Source: Actinomycetota bacterium (lineage in GTDB: Bacteria > Actinomycetota > Rubrobacteria > Rubrobacterales > Rubrobacteraceae). From it: DNA of 40,121 nucleotides. A model generated the notes under the pieces. The model saw only the letters and a program-made list of their open reading frames with translations. It was not told the DNA's origin and made no database searches. How positions within the stretch are numbered: position 1 is the stretch's first letter; each line of letters begins with the position of its first letter. This document shows, piece after piece, positions 32,902 to 40,121 of the stretch. The DNA is taken from positions 1 to 40,121 of the forward strand of contig JAIVIG010000278.1 of assembly GCA_020200675.1 (NCBI GenBank). The letters are read 5' to 3'. A program made the translations under genes and the position numbers.

Positions 32902-33348
32902 TTAACCTTTAGCCAACCGCGTCAGCTCGTCCTCCGTAAGACTTTTCGTGGCGCGCAGGAGCCGCACATTGTCCCCCGAGAGATCCACGACGGCCGAGGC
33001 TTCCCCGCTCCCCGGCTCGCCCCTGACGACGAAATCCACGGCAGCGGAGATCGCCGGGTCCACCTCTTCCAGAGCACGCGGGGCGCTCCCACCAGAGGAC
33101 GAACCGGGCCAGAAGCGGTCCGCTAGAGATCGGGCGAGCGGCGGTATATTGTGGCCCAGGGCGAGAGCCTCCTCCGTGGATCCGCAGAGCACGGCGATGG
33201 GCTTGCCGGAATCGCGGCTTTTGATCTCGAACAGCCGCGACAGACCGGCCTCCCCCGCTACGAGCCCGACGACCGTTTCGGTGGGGATAAGTCCCACACT
33301 GCCCTCCCGTAGTAACTCCCCGGCCTCCGCCGCGGAGACGTACCTCAA
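32902..33348 (-). CDS. tsaC: L-threonylcarbamoyladenylate synthase (TsaC/YrdC) with an in-frame internal deletion
   Basis: PTETVVGL, LFEIKSR..KPI, FWPG joined to SSSGGSAP, SAVVDL. TTG start overlaps the prmC stop. Confidence 0.82.
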   Translation of the reverse strand: MRYVSAAEAGELLREGSVGLIPTETVVGLVAGEAGLSRLFEIKSRDSGKPIAVLCGSTEEALALGHNIPPLARSLADRFWPGSSSGGSAPRALEEVDPAISAAVDFVVRGEPGSGEASAVVDLSGDNVRLLRATKSLTEDELTRLAKG

Positions 33349-34238
33349 CTCGAACCCCAGCGCAGCAGCGCGGCCCGGGGCGTCCCGGCCAAGTCCGGGT
33401 GCGTCCCTAGCGGGATATATCCGGCGCACCGTCCTATCTCGAGCACTTCCTCCGCCTGCTCATCCCCCACCTCGAGCACCACGTCCGCCCCGTCCGCAAG
33501 CAGCGGCGCGGCTCCGGCGAAGATGCGCCGGTAGAAATCGAGGCCGTCGGGACCGCCATCGAGGGCGGGGTGCGGGTCCCAGTCGCGGACTTCGGGGGCG
33601 AGGTCCGGGATGTCCGTGCTCCTCACATATGGGGGGTTGGAGACGAGCAATTCGACGCTGCCTTCGAGGGCGTCGAGGCCGGAGGTTAGATCCGCGCGGT
33701 GAAACCGGACCTTCGCCCCCGCCCGCTCCGCGTTGCGGCGGGCGATCCAGAGCGCCCCTTCCGAATAATCGGTGGCGTGAACGTCACAAGAGGAACGCTC
33801 CTGAGCGATGGAGATGGAGATCGTACCGGAGCCGGTACCGACATCGAGGACGCGACAGGAGCCGTCCCGGCGATCTACGGCTTCGAGGGCGGCATCCACG
33901 ACGCTCTCGGTGTCGGGACGCGGGATCAGAGCGTGCTCGTCGAGCTCCAGCCGCAGGTTGCGGAAGTAGGCGTATCCGAGGATGCGCTGCACGGGCTCAC
34001 GCTTTACACGGCGTGAGATCCAGCCCTCGTAGAGCGCCGCCTGCTCTTCGCTCAGCGGCCCCGGATAAGAGGCAAGCTCGCTCCGTCTCACGCCGAGCAG
34101 CTCGGCGAGTAGCACCTCGGCGGAGGCAGCAGGCTCGGGCACGCCCACATTCTCGAGCCTCTCGACGGCGTGCCAGACGGCTTGACGAGCGCTAGATGTC
34201 GCTAGCCAGCGCGTTGGCCCACCTCCGTCTTCAGCCAG
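33345..34238 (-). CDS. prmC: Release factor glutamine methyltransferase
   Basis: [37 protein letters not shown]. Frame is open to a CTG at 34238 overlapping the prfA stop. Start uncertain. Confidence 0.93.
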   Translation of the reverse strand: MAEDGGGPTRWLATSSARQAVWHAVERLENVGVPEPAASAEVLLAELLGVRRSELASYPGPLSEEQAALYEGWISRRVKREPVQRILGYAYFRNLRLELDEHALIPRPDTESVVDAALEAVDRRDGSCRVLDVGTGSGTISISIAQERSSCDVHATDYSEGALWIARRNAERAGAKVRFHRADLTSGLDALEGSVELLVSNPPYVRSTDIPDLAPEVRDWDPHPALDGGPDGLDFYRRIFAGAAPLLADGADVVLEVGDEQAEEVLEIGRCAGYIPLGTHPDLAGTPRAALLRWGSS

Positions 34239-34977
34239 GGGTTCCGGCGGCCTCGGCGGCGAGGCGGTCGGACCGCTCCTTGGCGGCCAGGGCCCGCGTG
34301 AACTCTTCGAGGTCTCCGTTCAGGGTGCCCTCGAGGTTGTGGGAGGTAAGGCCGATGCGGTGATCGGTGATGCGGCTCTGGGGAAAGTTGTAGGTGCGCA
34401 CCTTCGCCGAGCGGTCGCCCGAGCCGACCTGGGCAAGCCTGAGGGCGCCCTCCTGCTCCTGGCGCTCGCGCATCTCGCGCTCCAGAAGGCGCGACCTGAG
34501 TATCCTCATCGCCTGCTCCTTGTTCTGGAGCTGGCTCTTCTCGTCCTGGCACGTGACCACGAGTCCCGTGGGCTTGTGCGTGATCCTGACCGCGGAGTCC
34601 GTCGTGTTCACGCTCTGCCCGCCGGGGCCGCTCGAACGGTAAACGTCGACCTCAAGGTCGTTCTGGGCGACCTCGACCTCCACCTCCTCAGCCTCCGGCA
34701 ACACCGCCACCGTCGCGGTCGAAGTGTGGATGCGCCCCTGACTCTCGGTCTTCGGTACACGTTCCGTGGGGATCAACTCACGCGCCTCCCGAGCCTCCTC
34801 GGCGGCGTCGAGCAGCCCCTGGGACCACTCTGCGCCCCGCCTCATCTTCGAGTGCTCCTTGGCGACCTCGGCGTAGCGGCGCTGGTCGGAGTAAATGTTC
34901 GGATCCGAGAGCTCGTCCGCGAGCGCCTTGTGGCGCGCGAGCGTCTCCTCGGCCAGTTTTAGTACCTGTTGATCCAT
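34231..34977 (-). CDS. prfA: Peptide chain release factor 1 with an in-frame internal deletion at ~34760-34768
   Basis: ELSDP..., [14 protein letters not shown] (PxT), [31 protein letters not shown]. 248 aa versus ~355 typical. Confidence 0.9.
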   Translation of the reverse strand: MDQQVLKLAEETLARHKALADELSDPNIYSDQRRYAEVAKEHSKMRRGAEWSQGLLDAAEEAREARELIPTERVPKTESQGRIHTSTATVAVLPEAEEVEVEVAQNDLEVDVYRSSGPGGQSVNTTDSAVRITHKPTGLVVTCQDEKSQLQNKEQAMRILRSRLLEREMRERQEQEGALRLAQVGSGDRSAKVRTYNFPQSRITDHRIGLTSHNLEGTLNGDLEEFTRALAAKERSDRLAAEAAGTPG

Positions 34978-35012
34978 GTGTTCCTAAACTCTTGCTAAGC
35001 TTTGAAGTCTTA

Positions 35013-35838
35013 CTAAATTACCAGTTGGCCCGTGGGGTCGGGCTTAATCCTGGCCTCTTCTTCCTTGGCGAGTACCTTCTTCAGGGAAGCCATCGCGACT
35101 TCTACCTGATCGTCGGTGGGCTCGCGGGTGGTCAGCTTCTGGAGTTGCAGGCCCGGCCAGATCAGGGCCTTTACCAGGGGGTTGCCCTGGTTGCGGGCGC
35201 TCCACATGATGAACTCGAAGCCGATGCCCGCGACGAGCGGGATGACTACGACGCGGCTCGCGACCGCTTCGACCCACCAGTCGATGGGGAGCAGGCTGAA
35301 CACCAGGATGCTCAGGACCAGCACGTACAGGATAAAGCTCGTACCACAGCGAACGTGGCTCGTGTCGAGCTTTCGGGCGTTCTCGGGGACCAGTTCCTCG
35401 CCCCTCTCGTAGACCTTTATGGCCTTATGCTCCGCGCCGTGGTAGGCGAAAAAGCGTCTGATGTCCTTGCTGACCGCGGTGATACCGACCAGATACAGCA
35501 TGAAGATCCCGATCCGGATCGCACCCTCCACGAGGTTGAAGAGGATCGGGTTGTCGATGCTGTTGCCTATAAGCCATCCCACGCCCTTCGTCCCAAGGAC
35601 GGGCGCGGCGAGGAAGAGCAATAACGCGAGGACGAGCCCGAAGACCATCGTCCCCACGACCTCCTTCTTGGAGAGGTTCTCTTCCTCGCCGAGTGCGATG
35701 TTGGTCGAGATGGTCAGCGCCTTCATACCGAGCCAAAGGGTCTCAGCGAGCGAGAGGAAACCCCTGATTATGGGTAACCTGAAGAGCTTGCTCTTCTTGG
35801 TTATCGAGTTGAACGGCTCCGCCTGGATGTCCATATCC
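35013..35838 (-). CDS. DUF1385 family membrane protein, 5' end apparently deleted
   Basis: [43 protein letters not shown]. The usual N-terminal GGQA..EGVMM motif is absent. Typical rpmE-DUF1385-prfA context. Confidence 0.85.
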
Positions 35839-36042
35839 CTGGCGGGCCTGGCGATTCCTGAACCGCTGCACCCTACCGCCGGTGTCGACTATGCGCTGCT
35901 TGCCCGTGTAGAACGGGTGACAGTTCGAGCAGATGTCCACCGTGATCGCGTCGCCCGCCGTAGAGCGGGTCTCGAAGTCGGTGCCGCAGCTGGTGCAATG
36001 CACCCGCGTCGTCGTGTACTCGGGATGTATCCCAGTCTTCAT
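35839..36042 (-). CDS. rpmE: 50S ribosomal protein L31 (Zn-binding type), native stop lost so it reads through to 35743
   Basis: [37 protein letters not shown]. Confidence 0.93.
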
Positions 36043-36108
36043 TTAAAACCTCCGCCTGCTATTAACTACTACCCGCTTATTCTATTACGCCTGTAAAGGA
36101 CGCGGAGA

Positions 36109-36139
36109 GGGCGGCCGCGAGGCTCCTTCGCGGCCACCC
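36109..36139 (-). terminator. Hairpin downstream of rho
   Basis: gggcggccgcga-ggctcct-tcgcggccaccc. The single mismatch is a G-U pair in the minus-strand RNA. Weak U-tract. Confidence 0.5.
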
Positions 36140-36156
36140 CGTTGTTGCAAGTCGCC

Positions 36157-37719
36157 CTAACTGCGGACGCGCTGCAGCTCGCGCAGGAACTCGGCGTTGG
36201 TGCGGGTCTCCTTGAGCTTCTGTATAAGGAGCTCTAGCTTCTGGTTGCTGTCGAGCGCGCCCAGGATGCTGCGAACCTGCCAGACCCGCTGTGCCTCGGC
36301 GGACTCCATGAGGAGCTCCTCCTTGCGCGTGCCCGAGTCCTCGATGTTGATGGCCGGGTAGACCCGCTTGTTCGCGAGCTTGCGCTCCAGGTGGATCTCC
36401 ATGTTACCCGTGCCCTTAAACTCCTCGTAGATGACCTCGTCCATCCGGCTCCCGGTCTCGACGAGCGCGCTGGCGATGATCGTCAACGACCCGCCGTTCT
36501 CGATGTTCCGGGCCGCGCCGAAGAACTTCTTCGGCGGGTAGAGCGCCGCCGAATCGACGCCACCGGAGAGGATGCGCCCCGAAGCTGGGGCGGCGAGGTT
36601 GTAGGCCCTCGCGAGACGCGTGATCGAGTCGAGCAACACGACCACGTCCTCGCCCTCCTCCACGAGCCGCTTGACCCGCTCGAGGACGAGTTCGGCCACG
36701 GCTATGTGGTTGTCGGCGGGCTGGTCGAAGGTCGAGGAGACGACCGTGGCCTCTTCGACGCTGCGCTCCCAGTCGGTGACCTCCTCCGGCCGCTCGTCCG
36801 CCAGGAGGACGAAGAGTTTGGCCTCCGGATAGTTCGCCGCGATGGACTGGGCCACCTGCTTGAGGATCGTCGTCTTCCCGGCCTTCGGCGGCGAGACGAT
36901 GAGGCCGCGCTGGCCCTTACCTATAGGCGCCACCAGGTCGATGACGCGCGGGGCGAGGTCGTTCGGCTTCCACTCGAGGCGCAGGCGCTCCATCGGGTAG
37001 AGCGGCGTCAGGTCGTCGAAGTTGGTCCGGTAGCGGCCCTTCTGGGGCTCGTAGCCGTTGACCGACTCTATCCTGACCAGGGCCGGGTACTTCTCGCCGT
37101 CGCGGGCCGGCCGGATCTGGCCGTCCACGTAGTCCCCGCGCCTGAGGTTGAACCGCTTTATCTGCGAGGTCGAGACGTACACGTCACCCTTGCCCTGGCT
37201 GTAGCCGGTCGTCCTCAGGAAACCGAACCCGTCCGGCAACACGTCGAGGATGCCGCTCTGGCCCTGGCCTTCCTGCTGGCGTCCGTCCTGGCGTCCGTCC
37301 TGTCGCTCGCCCTTATCCCGGCGCCCGTCCCGGCGCTGCTCAGACTGTCTGTCGGCGCCTTTGTCACGGCTCCGCTGCTGCTGCTGGCGGCGCTGCTCGA
37401 CTTCTTCCGGGGCCGCGATGGCCGTGTCGGCTTCCCCAAAGGGGTCCGGGCGTGCCTCGGTGACCTCGGGCGCCACGGGCGTGTTTTCACCGTTACCGTT
37501 GGTGCCGGTCTCGGGGGTAATGGTGGGAGCGGCGGTCTCGCCGCCGTTGGTGGTTGTCTCCGCCGCCTGCTGGCCGACGGCCTGCTCGGTAGCGGTCTGG
37601 TAGATCAGCTCGGCCAGCTGGGGCTTGCGGTACTTGCGGTACTGCTCGATACCGAGCTGCGCGGCGATCTGGTGCAGATCGCTTAAAGGTTTGCGTTCAA
37701 GGGTGGAAAGCTCCGTCAT
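36157..37719 (-). CDS. rho: Transcription termination factor Rho with actinobacterial-type N-terminal insertion
   Basis: [60 protein letters not shown]. Confidence 0.97.
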   Translation of the reverse strand: MTELSTLERKPLSDLHQIAAQLGIEQYRKYRKPQLAELIYQTATEQAVGQQAAETTTNGGETAAPTITPETGTNGNGENTPVAPEVTEARPDPFGEADTAIAAPEEVEQRRQQQQRSRDKGADRQSEQRRDGRRDKGERQDGRQDGRQQEGQGQSGILDVLPDGFGFLRTTGYSQGKGDVYVSTSQIKRFNLRRGDYVDGQIRPARDGEKYPALVRIESVNGYEPQKGRYRTNFDDLTPLYPMERLRLEWKPNDLAPRVIDLVAPIGKGQRGLIVSPPKAGKTTILKQVAQSIAANYPEAKLFVLLADERPEEVTDWERSVEEATVVSSTFDQPADNHIAVAELVLERVKRLVEEGEDVVVLLDSITRLARAYNLAAPASGRILSGGVDSAALYPPKKFFGAARNIENGGSLTIIASALVETGSRMDEVIYEEFKGTGNMEIHLERKLANKRVYPAINIEDSGTRKEELLMESAEAQRVWQVRSILGALDSNQKLELLIQKLKETRTNAEFLRELQRVRS

Positions 37720-37782
37720 GCTCGATTTCCTCTCTCGTTATGGAATATAAAGTTCTCTCTCAAGCGCTTCTCGTTTGTGCTA

Positions 37783-38811
37783 CTAAAGTTGGAAGCCCTG
37801 TGTCCCGGCGTCGGGCTCTAGGGCGTGGATGGTGTCCATGAATCGTACCATACGGGGCTCGGTCGACATGACCACGGTGTGCGTCCGGGCGCCGCCCCGG
37901 AAGTACCTGACCCCAGACAGGGTCTCCCCCGGCGTGATGCCCGTCGCCGCGAAGACCACGTCTTCGCCCCGGATCAAGTCGTCCAAGGCCAGCTTCTTCT
38001 CCGGATCGTCGAGGCCGTACTCCTTGAGCTTCTCGACCTGCGAACGTTGGGTGGGCCACATCTTGGCCTGGATCTCCCCTCCGAGACATTTTATAACGGC
38101 CGCGGCCAGAATGCCTTCGGGCGCTCCCCCAATCCCGATGATGGCGTGCAGCTCCGACCCGCGCAGGCCCACGGCGATGACCGGCGTCAGATCGCCCTCC
38201 TGGCGGATCTGGATGCGCGCCCCGGTCTCCCTTATCTGCTCGATTAGGTCCTCGTGCCGGGGCCTGTCCAGCACCGCGACGGTTATCTCCGAGGTTCTCC
38301 GGCCGTTTGCTTCGGCTATGGCGTGTACGTTCTCGTCCACCGGCGCGTCGATGTCGATTCTACCTCTCGCGCGCGGTCCCACGATGAGCTTGCTCATGTA
38401 CATGTCCGGCGTCCTGAGCATGCTCCCCCGCGGTGATGCCGCCACCGCCGAGATGGCTCCCTGCTGACCTCGCGTCAGAAGGGTTAACCCTTCGACCGGT
38501 TCGACCGCCAGATCCACCTCCGTCCGCCCCGCGCCAAGGATGTCCCCCACGCTCAAAATACCGGGCCTGGTCTTGAGGGGACGCATCTGGCCCCGCTCGT
38601 CGAGCCGCTCCTCTCTGAGAATCGCGACCCGCCCCGAAACCCCGACCTTGCCCAACTCCTCCCGGAAGACCTCCGTGGCCAGGGTGTACGCCTTCTCCGG
38701 CGCCCCAGATCCCTCTAGGCGCGCCACCCCGAGGGCGACCTGTTCGGTCACGGAGGCGTACGCGATGGCCGAAGCGGCGACACTCTCAGACCGTAACCTA
38801 GTCAAGCTCAT
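37783..38811 (-). CDS. glpX: GlpX (class II FBPase) family protein with substituted catalytic motifs
   Basis: VDLAVEPVEG, PDMYMSKL, LDRPRH, GIGGAPEGILAAA, VFAATGITPGETLSGV. Confidence 0.8.
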   Translation of the reverse strand: MSLTRLRSESVAASAIAYASVTEQVALGVARLEGSGAPEKAYTLATEVFREELGKVGVSGRVAILREERLDERGQMRPLKTRPGILSVGDILGAGRTEVDLAVEPVEGLTLLTRGQQGAISAVAASPRGSMLRTPDMYMSKLIVGPRARGRIDIDAPVDENVHAIAEANGRRTSEITVAVLDRPRHEDLIEQIRETGARIQIRQEGDLTPVIAVGLRGSELHAIIGIGGAPEGILAAAVIKCLGGEIQAKMWPTQRSQVEKLKEYGLDDPEKKLALDDLIRGEDVVFAATGITPGETLSGVRYFRGGARTHTVVMSTEPRMVRFMDTIHALEPDAGTQGFQL

Positions 38812-38953
38812 GGTGGTAGACGTTCACCAACCTCCCTCGCCTCTCGGGTATCCTGCACGTAGTAGCAACATGGGCCTTATGCTGGATTTCCGTAGAGATA
38901 GTGCGAAACGGCCCAGGGCTAGACCCCAACGGCCGGTGCATCGTAGGGGCTAA

Positions 38954-40121
38954 TTATACACCAACAGCCCCGCCACGACCACCCGTCTCGTCCTCGAACC
39001 CCGCGACCACCCTCTCCGCCAGTTCGAGGAGCGCTCCGTCCAGGAGGCCGTCGCGGCCATCGACGGCCACGGGGTCGTTGTCGCAGTAGAAGACCGGCTT
39101 CTCCTCTTCGGCGCCCCGCCGCGTTACCACGTCCACCGCGGCCGCTTTGATCTCCGTCAGGTACGCCTCCACGCCCAGATCTCTCATATCCTCCAGGTCT
39201 CGGACCAGCCCCTTCCGGTCCGACAGGCTCCCCGACGCCGCGACCACCTCACACCCGTAACGCTCTTCGAGGTGCCGGCGCAGAACCTTCAGGATCTCCC
39301 GGGGCGCCGTCGATACGTACGCCACCTTCAGGCCCCGCACCTCCCCGACCGGCCGCGGCCTGAAGACCGCCGGTATCACCCGCAGGTTCGGCTTTATCCG
39401 GCGTGCCGTCTCCACGATGCTCCGCACCTTCTCCTCGCCCGCCATCGGCTCCTCGCTCATCGTGAGGAGCAAGAGGTCCGAAATTAGGATCCGGTAAGCC
39501 CCGAGGAAACCAGTCACGTACTCCGGGTCCTGGTTGGCGCCCGCGACGAGGACGCGCCCCCCGACCGCGACCGGCGGCACGGCCGCCCCCGAGCCGTCGA
39601 AGACCGTGAGACGGGTATCGAGGCCGTTCGCAAGCCTCGCCCCTTCGAGCACGTTGGAGACAAAAGGTTCGCCCGCGAGGCCGCCGCCGCACCTGCGGCA
39701 GCCGACGGTCACGACCCGGCTCAGGGCGGCCGTCTCGTAGTAGTCGCTAGCCGCGTGAGCCCCGCGCGCGAGCGCGTCGAGCAGATAGGAGCTTCCGACC
39801 TCCATCTCGTGGCCCTTTATCACCTCCGGCTCGGGCGGTCCTCCGCGGCCCATCGAGACGACCCCGGGCGCGAAGCCGTTCTCCGAGAGTAGCCGGGCCA
39901 GGTAACCGGAGACCGCCGTCTTGCCAACCCTTTTGCCGGTCCCGATCACGGCGAGCGAAGGCTTCGTCGAGACCGCGTGATACTCCGGTGGACGCAGGTC
40001 GAAGTCGCTCCCCTTGTAGCTCGCGCCCGCCGCCAGAGCCAGCGACGCTATCCGCATCCGCTCCCTGTACCCCACCACCGGCTCGTCCGAGAGGTCCACA
40101 GCGACCTCGACGTCGTCGTAC
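38954..40121 (-). CDS. cpgS: Cyclic 2,3-diphosphoglycerate synthetase-like protein, 5' end beyond the window
   Basis: VDLSDEPV, IGTGKRVGKTAVS, MGRGGPPEPE, HAASDYYE, GCRRCGGGLAG, LTEIKAAAVDVV. Confidence 0.85.
   Translation of the reverse strand, partial: YDDVEVAVDLSDEPVVGYRERMRIASLALAAGASYKGSDFDLRPPEYHAVSTKPSLAVIGTGKRVGKTAVSGYLARLLSENGFAPGVVSMGRGGPPEPEVIKGHEMEVGSSYLLDALARGAHAASDYYETAALSRVVTVGCRRCGGGLAGEPFVSNVLEGARLANGLDTRLTVFDGSGAAVPPVAVGGRVLVAGANQDPEYVTGFLGAYRILISDLLLLTMSEEPMAGEEKVRSIVETARRIKPNLRVIPAVFRPRPVGEVRGLKVAYVSTAPREILKVLRRHLEERYGCEVVAASGSLSDRKGLVRDLEDMRDLGVEAYLTEIKAAAVDVVTRRGAEEEKPVFYCDNDPVAVDGRDGLLDGALLELAERVVAGFEDETGGRGGAVGV

Noticed and set aside
37270-37390. 12-bp repeat and Gln/Arg-rich stretch in rho
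   Set aside because: Part of the well-known low-complexity N-terminal insertion of actinobacterial Rho.

Overview
High-GC core-genome segment. Gene order, the acidic ATP synthase and a cyclic-2,3-diphosphoglycerate synthetase suggest a deep-branching actinobacterium such as Rubrobacter (inferred, not searched). Almost everything is on the minus strand: cpgS-like, a divergent glpX, rho, rpmE, DUF1385, prfA, prmC, tsaC, glyA, upp, dCMP deaminase, the atp operon, murA, an M20 peptidase, an 11-subunit complex I (nuoABCDHIJKLMN, no nuoEFG in the window), an NDP-sugar pyrophosphorylase, a four-helix-bundle gene, comF, hpf, secA, prfB and a DUF2993-like gene. The plus strand carries a 7Fe ferredoxin with a Cys-free PduS/RnfC-like flavoprotein, and a frameshifted Uma2 gene. 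Four observations stand out. (1) A 23S-rRNA-IVP/Avd-like four-helix-bundle gene is bracketed exactly by inverted arrays of 7-bp TCAGCnn repeats, and a second, ORF-less inverted pair lies one gene away. This looks like an intervening-sequence-like element inside an mRNA operon. (2) The ferredoxin plus Fe-S-less NuoF/RnfC-like gene pair is a candidate electron-input module for the headless complex I. (3) A GlpX homolog with substituted catalytic residues lies next to cpgS. (4) At least eight clean internal deletions hit conserved genes, including both release factors. These are most likely assembly or amplification artefacts.
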